Position numbers and translations under genes: made by a program. From NCBI GenBank assembly GCA_965223865.1, contig OZ245020.1:128001-192000 (forward strand): a stretch of DNA of 64,000 nucleotides, written 5' to 3'. Below the pieces are notes generated by a model, which did no database searches, had not been told where the DNA came from, and was given only the letters and a program-made list of their open reading frames with translations. Source of the DNA: Nitrosarchaeum sp. Lineage in GTDB: Archaea > Thermoproteota > Nitrososphaeria > Nitrososphaerales > Nitrosopumilaceae. Below, in pieces: positions 48,170 to 58,170 of the stretch (the first letter of the stretch is position 1; each line of letters opens with the position of its first letter).

Positions 48170-50266
48170 TCAGAGACCAATTCTGACATCAAGGATTTTG
48201 CAGCCCTTTCCCTTCTCTAATACCAGAACAGGATTCATATCAAGTTCCTTAATTTCTTTAAAGTCAGTTACCAATTGAGAAAGTTTCTGAATACATTCAG
48301 ACAGTTTTGCAAGATCAGATGGTTTTTCACCTCTTACTCCTTGAAGAAGTTTTTGAGTCTTGATTGAGGCAATCATATCATCTGCTTCTTTGTCAGTTAC
48401 AGGAGCAAGCTTGAATGTTACATCTTTTAGAACTTCTACGTAAATACCTCCCATTCCAAGCATAATTACTGGTCCAAATCCAGGTTCAAGTTTTGATCCA
48501 ATGATCAATTCTTTTCCTCCTTTGACCATCTCTACAATCAAAACTCCTTTAATTTCGGCATTTTTGTTGTATTTTTTAGCGTTTTTAAGTATAGTCTTAA
48601 AGGCGGAACGTATCTCGTTGTCATTTGTGAGATTTACTTTAACACCTCCTGCATCAGATTTGTGAATGATTTGTGGAGATGCAATTTTCATTACTACCGG
48701 ATAACCTATCTTCTTTGCAATCTTGATTGCTTCATCTTCTGTTTTAGCTAGTGCACTATTTGGTAAAGGTAATCCATACGACTTGAGGACTTCATGTCCT
48801 TCTTCTTCTAGAAGATTTGGACGTTTCTCTTTTTTGACCTTGTCAAAAATTTTCTTTACCTTGGTTTTGTTTACTTTGAATTTTTGTATTTTTCCTTCTT
48901 CGGTGTTTACCCAAATCGCAAAATTTTTCATTGCAGCCAAAGCTCTAATTGCACCTTCAGCATATGTGTAATAGGGAACATCTCCTTTGGATAAAATTTC
49001 TCTATTGGTAATTCCCTCATCTAATCCCATTAAACTTGCCAGCATCGTTTTTTTGTATTTCTTTGACATCTCAACAATTACTTCAGCAAGCTTGTCATAA
49101 TTTAGAGTTCCAGAAGGAGTACACATTGTAATAACTGAACCAACTTTTGATTGTTTGAGTACACGTTCCAAAACATTTCTGAATCGGTTAAAGTCAGCAT
49201 CGCCAACAATGTCAACAGGGTTTCTTGAACTTCCCCAAGGGGGAATTACCTCATCAATCTTTGGGCGGATACTATCAATTTTGGCCATTCTAATTCCAAA
49301 TTTAGAGCAGGCATCAGTGGAAATAATTGCAGGTCCACCTGCGTTCGAGACAATAACTAGACCACCTGCTGTTGGAAGAGGTTGTTTTGAAAATGCAGTC
49401 GCATAATCAAATAGCTCCTCCATCGTATCAACTCTAATTGCACCTGATTGTTTTAGTAAAGCATCATAGATTTCATCAGATCCCATCAAAGCACCGGTAT
49501 GAGACATTGCAGCTTTTGCACCTTCAGGACTACGTCCTGATTTTAAAACAAGTACAGGTTTTTTGAGTTTTTTAGTAATATTTTTACAAACTTTGAGAAA
49601 CTCTTGACCATCTCCCATATCTTCAAGATACATGACTATTACTTCGGTTTGCTTATGAGCAGCTAACATCTTTAGAACGTCAACTTCGCTCATTGCTGCT
49701 TTGTTTCCCAAACTAATTACTGCAGAAAATCCAATTCCTTGAGCACTTGCATCTTCTACTAGTGCTGCACAAATAGCACCACTTTGAGATACTAGTGCAA
49801 TCTTTCCTGACTTTGGTGTAACCTTAAGAAAAGTAGAATTCATCATTGTTTTTGGATCAAGATTCATGACCCCAAGACAGTTTGGACCAATGATTTGAAT
49901 TTTGTATTTTTTAGCAATGTCTTTAATTTGTTGTTCTCGTTTTGCTCCTTCTTCATCAACTTCTTTGAAACCTGCAGTGATAATGATTACTCCTTTAACC
50001 TTTTTCTTACCACATTCTTCTAAAACATCTGCGACAAGAGTGTTTTTGATAACTATTACTGCAAGATCAATAGTCTTTGGGACATCTAAAACACTCTTGT
50101 ATGCTTTTTTGTAAAATACGGTATCTCTTGTAGGACTAATTGGATAAACTGTTCCTTTGAATCCGTTCATAATATTTGATGTAATAGTTGCTCCAACACT
50201 TCCTCGTTTGTCAGATGCACCAATAATGGCAATTGATTTTGGAGATAAAAAGACAGATTCTGCCAT
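48170..50266 (-). CDS. 4-hydroxybutyrate-CoA ligase (ADP-forming)
   Basis: ACD alpha-beta fusion (IGPNCLG, SQSGA, SHTGAL, HKSDAGGV); adjacent to hcd as in Nitrosopumilus. Confidence 0.9.
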   Translation of the reverse strand: MAESVFLSPKSIAIIGASDKRGSVGATITSNIMNGFKGTVYPISPTRDTVFYKKAYKSVLDVPKTIDLAVIVIKNTLVADVLEECGKKKVKGVIIITAGFKEVDEEGAKREQQIKDIAKKYKIQIIGPNCLGVMNLDPKTMMNSTFLKVTPKSGKIALVSQSGAICAALVEDASAQGIGFSAVISLGNKAAMSEVDVLKMLAAHKQTEVIVMYLEDMGDGQEFLKVCKNITKKLKKPVLVLKSGRSPEGAKAAMSHTGALMGSDEIYDALLKQSGAIRVDTMEELFDYATAFSKQPLPTAGGLVIVSNAGGPAIISTDACSKFGIRMAKIDSIRPKIDEVIPPWGSSRNPVDIVGDADFNRFRNVLERVLKQSKVGSVITMCTPSGTLNYDKLAEVIVEMSKKYKKTMLASLMGLDEGITNREILSKGDVPYYTYAEGAIRALAAMKNFAIWVNTEEGKIQKFKVNKTKVKKIFDKVKKEKRPNLLEEEGHEVLKSYGLPLPNSALAKTEDEAIKIAKKIGYPVVMKIASPQIIHKSDAGGVKVNLTNDNEIRSAFKTILKNAKKYNKNAEIKGVLIVEMVKGGKELIIGSKLEPGFGPVIMLGMGGIYVEVLKDVTFKLAPVTDKEADDMIASIKTQKLLQGVRGEKPSDLAKLSECIQKLSQLVTDFKEIKELDMNPVLVLEKGKGCKILDVRIGL

Positions 50267-50329
50267 GTATGTTTTGGTTAAGGATTTTGTATAATAAAGT
50301 TATTCATAGAAATTTCTGATCTATCAATT

Positions 50330-50686
50330 TTAGCTTCCCATCATTTTTCCTGCGAGATTTTCTTTTCTTGGAATCCAAGATATGGTAAGATTTGAAAATT
50401 TTCCAATCAATTTCCAGGCCTCGCGAGCTAATTCACGTAACTTTTCATTATTTATGGCAAATTCATGATTCAGTTGTGATACTGTATTTTTGGAATCACT
50501 AAATATTACAAGATCATCATTAAAGTCTACAAATTTTTCTAATGCTGAAATTATTGCCATATATTCAGCCTGATTATTGGTGATGTCAGGTCTTTTTTCA
50601 TAAAATGATTCTCCAGTCTCCTTTACAAAGAATCCATATCCACCGTTTGGGCCTCCAGAACCATCAACATAAACACTAATCCCCAT
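50330..50686 (-). CDS. rnhA: Ribonuclease HI
   Basis: VYVDGS, TNNQAEY, FSDS, WIPRKEN. Confidence 0.92.
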   Translation of the reverse strand: MGISVYVDGSGGPNGGYGFFVKETGESFYEKRPDITNNQAEYMAIISALEKFVDFNDDLVIFSDSKNTVSQLNHEFAINNEKLRELAREAWKLIGKFSNLTISWIPRKENLAGKMMGS

Positions 50687-51128
50687 CTTTGTACAACCTC
50701 GTCATCTTTACACTAAGATTTACTACTATCATATAGACTACAGTGGATATAACTTGTGATACAATAGATGCCAAATATGCATCATAATCAAATGTAAGCA
50801 GGTAATATTGTAACATCCACCTGATAATTGTGTAAATGATCTCAGCGATTCCAAGTGAAGTTAGAATTTTTACTAAATCATGGCGTAGTCTCGATTTATC
50901 AGTTTGGCCGGATTTAAGCAGGTATTTTTTCCGATTATCAATATAATACAATCCTCCAAATGTGGAAAAGTAAACTATGTAATCTACAATCAAAGTATAT
51001 GTTGTGTTAAGATAATCAGCTTGTTCAGATAATATCTGAGCAACTATTGCAGATATTGTTATTGATGCTGCAAATGAAATCAGGATGTTTTTGTTTAGTT
51101 TGAAATACTCACGATATTTTTGACGCAA
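50676..51128 (-). CDS. Membrane protein (GtrA-like, 4 TM)
   Basis: Four hydrophobic segments. Confidence 0.7.
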   Translation of the reverse strand: MRQKYREYFKLNKNILISFAASITISAIVAQILSEQADYLNTTYTLIVDYIVYFSTFGGLYYIDNRKKYLLKSGQTDKSRLRHDLVKILTSLGIAEIIYTIIRWMLQYYLLTFDYDAYLASIVSQVISTVVYMIVVNLSVKMTRLYKDGD

Positions 51129-51164
51129 CGAAAAGGATACTTTTTTGTTACAATTAAACTAAGA

Positions 51165-51449
51165 CTAGTCCATTGTAATCTTCAAGAAGATTAAAAGGCC
51201 TGCTAGTTCAGCAATTCCAACTCCTAACATATATGGGAAAATTTCATGTGAAAACAGTTGATCCATTGAAAAGTAAGCTAGGGAACTGATGATATTGTGA
51301 AGAAATAACATTCCAGCTACGACTATCATTCCAAGTGGCAATTGTGCTCTTGTCTTTGTATACATTTTTCCAAAAGTACCTATTAAAATTCCCAGAACTA
51401 CCATGTTTGCAATAGATACTACGGATAACACTAAGGATGTGGATTCCAT
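51165..51449 (-). CDS. Small 3-TM membrane protein
   Basis: Hydrophobic; downstream of wHTH gene. Confidence 0.8.
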   Translation of the reverse strand: MESTSLVLSVVSIANMVVLGILIGTFGKMYTKTRAQLPLGMIVVAGMLFLHNIISSLAYFSMDQLFSHEIFPYMLGVGIAELAGLLIFLKITMD

Positions 51450-51474
51450 TTAGTGATGAACACCTCCGGAGCGT

Positions 51475-51777
51475 TTATTTACTTTTGTCCAATTTCTTTT
51501 CAACTTCTTCAAATGTCTCCATATTAGCTTCTAAAAATGTAGAAATGAAGTATGTGATTCCATATTTTTCTCCAACTGAAGTAATAAGATTATTTTTTTC
51601 AAGTATTCTAATGTGATGTTTTATTGCTTTGTAATCTAATTCTAGCTTCTTTGCTAGCTGGTTTGTGTTCAGTGGATTTTCTATTAATTTAGATATAATT
51701 TTTAGACGATTTAATCCTCCCCGTGAACCTGCAAAAATAAACCATAAGAGTCTCTTTACATCAGGGTCATTTGCCAT
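51475..51777 (-). CDS. ArsR-like wHTH regulator
   Basis: LLWFIFAGSRGGLNR...NTNQLAKKLELDYKAIKHHIRILEKNNLI...KYG. Confidence 0.9.
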   Translation of the reverse strand: MANDPDVKRLLWFIFAGSRGGLNRLKIISKLIENPLNTNQLAKKLELDYKAIKHHIRILEKNNLITSVGEKYGITYFISTFLEANMETFEEVEKKLDKSK

Positions 51778-51868
51778 CAGTCACGAAATTCTTGAGTATC
51801 TGCAATAAAAGGTATTTTGGGATTTTACCATAACTAGAAAGTATAAAAAACATACCAGACTATTATCT

Positions 51869-52762
51869 TTGAAAATAAAATTGATGTTAAATTATGATGC
51901 ACCATTATACAGACCACCGTCTGAAGCTAGATCATTGATTTTTCAGGTGACTTTAGGTTGTTCATTTAATGAGTGTTCCTTTTGTGATATGTATAGATCA
52001 AAAGAATATGCAGAAAGATCTTGGGATGAAGTTAAACTTGAAATTGATTTAATGGCAAAACACCTTCCAAAAACTAGAAGAATATTTTTAGCTGATGGTG
52101 ATGCATTGAATCTGGATGCACAGTATATTGTTAAAATAATAAAATATCTTAAAGAAAAATTTTCAAATCTTGAGAGAATATCTTGCTATGCAATGCCAAT
52201 GAATATTCTAAAGAAAACTCCTGAGGAGTTAAAGATAATGCATGATGCCGGTTTAGATATGCTATATCTAGGAATTGAGAGTGGCTCCGATATTATTCTA
52301 AAGAAAGTCACAAAAGGCGCGGTTGCAAAAACCATAGTCAAATCGGTAAACAAAGCAAAGGATGCAGGATACATCATGTCATGTATGGTAATTTTGGGTT
52401 TAGGTGGTAGAACATATTCTAAAGAACACATCAAAGGAACTGCAGAGGTAATTAGTGCGTGTTCTCCCCATTACGTAGGAGCATTAACATTGTATCTTGA
52501 AAATGGGATAAAACAGGAATTTCTTGACAAGTTTGGAGAACCATTCATAAGAATCAACGATGATGAAGCATTAGAAGAACTTTATGATTTAATTAATCAA
52601 ATAGAGACTAAAGAAGAGATTATTTTTAGGGCAAATCATGGATCAAATGCATATACCATAAAAGGTACTTTCCCACGAGATAAAAAAGAGATGCTTGAGA
52701 AAATAGAATGGATGAAAAAGCACCCAGAAATTATGCGTCCTCAAGGACTACGAGGATTTTAA
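51869..52762 (+). CDS. Radical SAM protein
   Basis: YRPPSE, CSFNECSFCDMY (CxxxCxxC), FLADGD, GIESG. Confidence 0.93.
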   Translation: MKIKLMLNYDAPLYRPPSEARSLIFQVTLGCSFNECSFCDMYRSKEYAERSWDEVKLEIDLMAKHLPKTRRIFLADGDALNLDAQYIVKIIKYLKEKFSNLERISCYAMPMNILKKTPEELKIMHDAGLDMLYLGIESGSDIILKKVTKGAVAKTIVKSVNKAKDAGYIMSCMVILGLGGRTYSKEHIKGTAEVISACSPHYVGALTLYLENGIKQEFLDKFGEPFIRINDDEALEELYDLINQIETKEEIIFRANHGSNAYTIKGTFPRDKKEMLEKIEWMKKHPEIMRPQGLRGF

Positions 52763-52827
52763 ATTAGATTTTATAGACTAGATACCATTATTTTGGCATG
52801 TTTGAATAATTACTTCCACTAGATTTG

Positions 52828-53079
52828 TTAAAGTGACTCAATTACTTGTTTTAGATTATCAGGTAAATCAGGAAGTTCTGTGTGACTCTCATTGTTTTGG
52901 ATTATTTCAGGGCCAATTCTTCTAACTTTTTGAGTTCCAATAAGAGTATCGATCGTTCTTTGAATATCTTTTTCAGGTAAAATAGATTTTAGTTTTTCAA
53001 TAACTTTCTCTTCATTTTCAAATTTTTTAATTGTATATTGAACAATGATCATTTTTTCATTTGTTGAATAGTCTGTCAT
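52828..53079 (-). CDS. Hypothetical protein
   Basis: 83-aa ORF. Confidence 0.75.
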   Translation of the reverse strand: MTDYSTNEKMIIVQYTIKKFENEEKVIEKLKSILPEKDIQRTIDTLIGTQKVRRIGPEIIQNNESHTELPDLPDNLKQVIESL

Positions 53080-53510
53080 TTAAAAATACACGTTTGCTCT
53101 TTGTAAAAAACATTTTCTGCTATTTGCTAAATTCTCGTTTTTAATTTATTTAGTAACTTCTTTAATTTCAAATTTTTTAGTTTTTTCTTTAACTGATAAT
53201 GGCAATAGTTCTTTCATTATTGATTTAATTTTCAATTTTTTAACATTTTTTTCTTCCTCAGATAACGACTCTCCCACTCTGCTTTCATAGTAATAAAATG
53301 CATTATCATTTTTGCTCTCTCATCAAAGACATGCAAAAAATGTATTTTTGTCTTCACCCCATTGTTGTTTTTTTAGCTCTCTTTCCTCTGGAGTTAGGTT
53401 AGCATACGGCCATTTCAAGTATTTTTGTAGTCTATTAAAAATAAAAATTGAGTTAAATTCTATGATTTTTTTATTATAATTATTAATAGATGTGTACTAG
53501 AGGGATACCT

Positions 53511-53894
53511 ATGTCTAATGAGGAATATTACAAGTTATCAGAGAATATCTTAAGTCTTGATTCAGGAATAAGATTTGTAACAATTCTTGGAAATCAAGGA
53601 CAAATAATCTATGGAGGAAGTAAACAGGGTGTAGAAAATTATTTAGATCCCCATGATCAGAGACTCTCCGCAGAGCATATCTTAAGGGCATGGAAACTTA
53701 GAAAAGAATTCGAGGATGCCATTGGTGAAAGCAAATATGCAATGGCTCAATATGAAAAAATAAGAAGGTATACTGTTCCCATTGACCAAAATCGTCTATT
53801 ATTTATCACCACAGAATCTACCCTATCAAATCAATCATTCATAGAAAATATACTGGAATTAGTAGAGACATTCAAAAAAACCTCTTCAATCTAA
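53511..53894 (+). CDS. DUF6659-like protein
   Basis: IRFVTI...IGESKYAMAQYEKIRRYTVP. Confidence 0.75.
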   Translation: MSNEEYYKLSENILSLDSGIRFVTILGNQGQIIYGGSKQGVENYLDPHDQRLSAEHILRAWKLRKEFEDAIGESKYAMAQYEKIRRYTVPIDQNRLLFITTESTLSNQSFIENILELVETFKKTSSI

Positions 53895-53963
53895 ACAAAT
53901 ATGGAACAAATAACTTGTTTGAATGCAATTTTAGACATGAAGTGATATAAAAGAAAATTTGAG

Positions 53964-54758
53964 TCACTCTTTTTCATAAAGATTAACTTTAACTTTAGTT
54001 GTCCAAGGGTTTAGTTCATCAGGAAAGACTACCAATAAGCCACCATCTTTTTGAATATTTTCACAAGTACCACTGTAGCTTTGTTTGTTTTGTCCATAGC
54101 AACTTGAATTGGAATAATAATTAAATTCATTGTTTGAGAAATATTCACGTTGTATAGATGATGGAACAAAGTATACATCAAATCCTAAATCTGTGTTATC
54201 AGTTTTGATACTATAATCATATGATGTAATTTCCTTTGATGTACATATAGGGAAAAATTGTGCAAATCCATTTTTAATTCTTAATTGTTGTTCTATATTA
54301 TCATAATTTTTATTTTCCATATCTGGATATACAGAAATTTCAGGATTTGTGCTCAGTTGTTTTCCCTGTACGTATTCTATTTCATGACGTACTGTATCTA
54401 CCGCCTTCCTGTATAGCATAGGCTGCCATTCTTCTTGGCAGTCACTAAATTCGTGCTTTAACTCGACGTAAGATTTGTCATTGATTTCTTGAAGTTGATT
54501 ATAATTGTATTTTTTGGATTCTGCATTTAATACAAGATTACTATTGTTATCATTTTTTGATTTATACCATGAATTAGTTACTTCAAAGATTATATTCTTT
54601 GAATCGCTGTTCCAATCTGGCAGTAAATGCACATATACAGAATATTTGTTTATGACTTGTTCAGTTTCTGATGCAAGAATCAAATGTCCAAAAAATGCAT
54701 TAATAAAAATTATAGAAAATGCAAAAACAGGAATTATTACATAGAGAATTCTTTTCAT
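53964..54758 (-). CDS. Exported hypothetical protein
   Basis: N-terminal TM/signal, 264 aa, several Cys. Confidence 0.75.
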   Translation of the reverse strand: MKRILYVIIPVFAFSIIFINAFFGHLILASETEQVINKYSVYVHLLPDWNSDSKNIIFEVTNSWYKSKNDNNSNLVLNAESKKYNYNQLQEINDKSYVELKHEFSDCQEEWQPMLYRKAVDTVRHEIEYVQGKQLSTNPEISVYPDMENKNYDNIEQQLRIKNGFAQFFPICTSKEITSYDYSIKTDNTDLGFDVYFVPSSIQREYFSNNEFNYYSNSSCYGQNKQSYSGTCENIQKDGGLLVVFPDELNPWTTKVKVNLYEKE

Positions 54759-54926
54759 TGAGAGGATCCTCCATAAAACCTAATACCAGTTTCAGGTTCT
54801 TGAAGTTCTTTTTTTCTATTTTTTATTAGCATATCTTTTTTGATGGTTACTCCAAGATTATTACAAGAAAGAAAAAAATATGTTTTTAGTTTTCATAATA
54901 TTGCTAGATAAGTTTGATAAATAGAT

Positions 54927-55013
54927 AGGCTGGACCAAATTCTACTATATTATGTCCAAATTGGACAGGATATCACGTCTAAATTGATACATTTAACGAA
55001 AAATGTCCAGCCT
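54927..55013. promoter_or_regulatory. Operator cluster upstream of Lrp-GAF gene
   Basis: Perfect 15-bp TGTCCAA-A-TTGGACA (54953-54967) inside outer inverted repeat AGGCTGGAC (54927-35)/GTCCAGCCT (55005-13). Confidence 0.55.
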
Positions 55014-55049
55014 GGAAATAGATATTATCTTGTTTTACCTAGATTACTA

Positions 55050-56048
55050 GTGCAAGATAAGATAGACAGGATTATTCTGGCACAATTAGGAAAAAATGCT
55101 CGATTATCATCACAAGAGTTGCAAAAAATTCTTAAAAATTTAGGGCATACAATTACAGATAGAGGAATAAGACATCGGTTACATAGATTAGAAAAGAATA
55201 ATGTGATTTTGGGTTATTCTGCAATTCTAAATCCAAATATAATTTCAGAAAAAATAAATCGAATTATTCTAATGAAATTTAAGTTCGGAAGATCTTCTCA
55301 AGAAAAAATTAAATTATTAACCGATTATGTGAATCAATCAACATTTTGTACATATTCTAATAGACTAAGTGGAGATTATGATTGGATATGTAATTTTATT
55401 TTTGACTCCATTGAGCAATACGAGTTGGAGACAAATAATTTTCTAAACAGATTTTCTTCCCTTATTGCAGATTATAGATCTTATGAATCAAAGATGATAA
55501 AATCCTCACCATATGTTGTGTTTGATGAAGAAGGGATACAAGAGAAAAAAGAAAAAGCATTTCAAATTTTAAGCTCAATTAGAAAATATAATACACTCAA
55601 TGAGAGATTACAAGCAATTGTTGAGAGTATGGTGAGATACTTTAATGCTACATTTGCAAGAGTATGGTTTGTCGATAAGGATAGAAAGAATCTAATTCTA
55701 AAATACAGTGCAGGTAAGTATATTGGAATTAAAGGCGAGTTTTCCAAAGTATCGATTAATTCCTTGAAGATTGGATCTGTAGCTAAAACCAAAAAACCAG
55801 TTGTAACAAATGATGTCATAAATGATCCTAGAATAAAACATCCAGATTGGGCAAAAAAAGAAAAATTGAAATCATTTGGAGCTTATCCTCTAATCTATAA
55901 AGGAAAAGTTATTGCAGTTTTAGCGATGTTTAGCAAAAAGGAGCTTAGTCATGTTGATTTTGAAATTTTAGGATTGTTTTCTGAACAACTCTCAAAGGAG
56001 CTAGTGGGATTTTTTGAGGCTAAAGACTTTCTAGATAGAGCAGATTAA
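55050..56048 (+). CDS. Lrp/AsnC regulator fused to C-terminal GAF domain
   Basis: DKIDRIILAQLGKNARLS...LEKNNVILGYSA, SGDYD; GAF: VVTNDVINDPRI...SFGAYPLIYKGKVIAVL; GTG start likely. Confidence 0.9.
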   Translation: MQDKIDRIILAQLGKNARLSSQELQKILKNLGHTITDRGIRHRLHRLEKNNVILGYSAILNPNIISEKINRIILMKFKFGRSSQEKIKLLTDYVNQSTFCTYSNRLSGDYDWICNFIFDSIEQYELETNNFLNRFSSLIADYRSYESKMIKSSPYVVFDEEGIQEKKEKAFQILSSIRKYNTLNERLQAIVESMVRYFNATFARVWFVDKDRKNLILKYSAGKYIGIKGEFSKVSINSLKIGSVAKTKKPVVTNDVINDPRIKHPDWAKKEKLKSFGAYPLIYKGKVIAVLAMFSKKELSHVDFEILGLFSEQLSKELVGFFEAKDFLDRAD

Positions 56049-56075
56049 ATTTTAGAGATTTTCAGTGCCGTAATA

Positions 56076-56117
56076 ATGGGCCTACGTCAATTCGCCTACT
56101 AGATTGGGGATAAAATT
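56076..56117. repeat. Dispersed direct repeat copy 1 (att-like)
   Basis: ATTCGCCTACTAGATTGGGGATAAAATT matches 58097-58124 at 22/28. Confidence 0.45.
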
Positions 56118-56240
56118 GGAAGTATTTACAAATAAAAATAAAATAATTTCAAATCAAACAAGATGAACTGAATTTTTAGTACAATTCCTTGAATTATTTT
56201 AAAAAAAATTGTTAAAAACTCAAATTTATAAAAAAAGAGT

Positions 56241-56561
56241 TTAAGGTTGAACAGCTGCTACTCTGTCCTGAACCTTGTCATAATAGCCGTTTATCTCCAT
56301 TGCTGGAATATTAAACGATGCTGAAACCACGTCACCAACTTGAGCAGTACACTCAGGAACGACTACACTTACGCCATGCTGAGATTCAGCAACACAACCG
56401 TGTTCTGTAATTGCAATTACTGTCACATCTTCAGTTACCTGTGTTGGAACGAAATTCCATGGGGTTAGCAAGAAAATAAGAATCACTGCGGTTCCTGCAG
56501 CCATCAATGCAATTGCTGCAATTCGTGGTGGTTTCTTTTCTTTTTGTGTTTTAGTTATCAT
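56241..56561 (-). CDS. Small membrane-anchored protein with two Cys
   Basis: TM then EDVTVIAITEHGCV...ECTAQVGD; paralog of 57619-57921. Confidence 0.82.
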   Translation of the reverse strand: MITKTQKEKKPPRIAAIALMAAGTAVILIFLLTPWNFVPTQVTEDVTVIAITEHGCVAESQHGVSVVVPECTAQVGDVVSASFNIPAMEINGYYDKVQDRVAAVQP

Positions 56562-56778
56562 TTCTCCTCACTACAATTTACGTCAAATTCGGATAAAAGG
56601 GACAGGATTACATTGTATTCAATTGCAATCATTTTTTTGCTAAGAAATTCTTTCAAATCAAACCAGATTCAAATCTTTAGAATGCATTAAAAGAAATGGA
56701 CAATTTACCACACGATTTCCATTGTTGAAAACCATATTCAGAAAATGTGTATACATAATTTATCATACCCTGTCAAGT

Positions 56779-57114
56779 ATGTTCATGCAAGAGTTGCAAT
56801 CTGTATTCAAAATAGAGGAAGACATTACAAAAGATGCAATACTCTCAGTTGTCTCAGACAAATATTGTCGCTCCATCATAAAAACAATTTTGACTGTGCC
56901 AAAATCGGCATTGGAAATATCTACAGAAACTCAAATTCCAATCAGCACAGTATATAGGCGAATACAAACACTTCATGACAACAAACTGCTCCGAACATCT
57001 GGCATGTTAAATGAAGATGGAAAGAAATTTTTCTTGTACAAAAGCAAGATAAAAGAAATTCGAAGCCAATTCAATAACGGTCAGATGAATGTAGAATTAT
57101 TTTTCAACCAATAA
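56779..57114 (+). CDS. ArsR-like wHTH regulator
   Basis: ILSVVSDKYCRSII...SALEISTETQIPISTVYRRI; same family as 6835-7173. Confidence 0.88.
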   Translation: MFMQELQSVFKIEEDITKDAILSVVSDKYCRSIIKTILTVPKSALEISTETQIPISTVYRRIQTLHDNKLLRTSGMLNEDGKKFFLYKSKIKEIRSQFNNGQMNVELFFNQ

Positions 57115-57198
57115 ATGATCAATTCAATTATTTTTCTCCAAATTAATTTTACAAACGTAAAATAAAAGCAAAAAAACTATGTTAATTGTAATTAAATT

Positions 57199-57372
57199 TC
57201 AAGTGCGAGGTTTTGTTCGTAATAATGCTTTACAGCAAGGACATCTAATTTCTGTTACTTCTAAAAATAGACCACAAAACGTACATCGTTTTTGCCCATT
57301 TTGATATCTTTTACTGTTACTCATAGGAATTGCCTTTGATTCAATGCATATTCCTCTACAGGTTCTGGCCAT
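57199..57372 (-). CDS. Cys-rich microprotein, paralog of 23181-23354
   Basis: MARTCRGICIESKAIPMSNSKRYQNGQKRCTFCGLFLEVTEIRCPCCKALLRTKPRT. Confidence 0.8.
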   Translation of the reverse strand: MARTCRGICIESKAIPMSNSKRYQNGQKRCTFCGLFLEVTEIRCPCCKALLRTKPRT

Positions 57373-57618
57373 ACAGTAGATGTTGGTAGAATTTGATATA
57401 ATGGATCAGTTTACAATGTGTTCAACTGCAATCATATATCATGATTTAAAACAAGACTGCTAAAAAATAATTTTATTCTGTTAACTGAAACGTTCAGACT
57501 TGAGGTATCATAAGAATTAGCTTTTTTTTATTTAGTTTCAAGATCTGATTTTCATGTACGAAAACCACTATTAGATAATATCTATTCCAATTTTATCTGG
57601 GTCTCACGTAAGAAAAAC

Positions 57619-57921
57619 ATGTCAGCAATTAATAACAGGCAATCAAAAAAGTCAGGCATGAACTCAATCGTTTTGGTAGGAGGTATCATTGCTGCAGGCG
57701 CCATTGTGCTATTTGCATATTTGATGTTTTTTACTGCTCCAGAGGAAAATATTGAGAGAGTCAAGATAATAGCAATAACTGATGATGGATGTATCGGAGA
57801 AACCGTAGATGGTTTTTCAGTCAACATAGGTGAATGCCAAGCACAGCCTGGCGATTCCATTATGGCTCCAGTTGATCAAAAAGCAAAAGAGCGTGCAGCC
57901 GCAATGAATCCAACAAGCTAA
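57619..57921 (+). CDS. Small membrane-anchored protein with two Cys
   Basis: ERVKIIAITDDGCI...ECQAQPGD; T-tract after stop. Confidence 0.82.
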   Translation: MSAINNRQSKKSGMNSIVLVGGIIAAGAIVLFAYLMFFTAPEENIERVKIIAITDDGCIGETVDGFSVNIGECQAQPGDSIMAPVDQKAKERAAAMNPTS

Positions 57922-58082
57922 TTTTTTTCTTTTTTTACTTTTTGTTTCTAGTCAAATCTCATGTTCATGTTAACATGAATTACCTTCTATTGTTAGATGT
58001 TAATCTTTAGAGGCTCATCTAGTTTATTTCCTATTCTTCTGGTTCAAGTCGTCCTAGATTCAGGTATTATTTTGGAAATAAA

Positions 58083-58124
58083 ATAGACCGGATGGGATTC
58101 ACCTACTTACTTGGGGATAATTTT
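58083..58124. repeat. Dispersed direct repeat copy 2 (att-like, tRNA-Ala 3'-end-like on minus strand)
   Basis: TAGACCGGATGGGATTCA matches the reverse complement of the tRNA-Ala 3' end at 14/18; followed by CCTACT..TTGGGGATAA. Confidence 0.45.
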
Positions 58125-58170
58125 AGATCCATTTGGATAATTCATTCTGAATACTAGTCTGAAAAGAAAA

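Noticed and set aside
46567-50266. 3HP/4HB carbon-fixation genes as a novelty
   Set aside because: Standard conserved pair in Nitrosopumilaceae; useful for taxonomy only
53100-53420. Possible fragmented gene on minus strand
   Set aside because: Only short ORFs in different frames with no recognisable family
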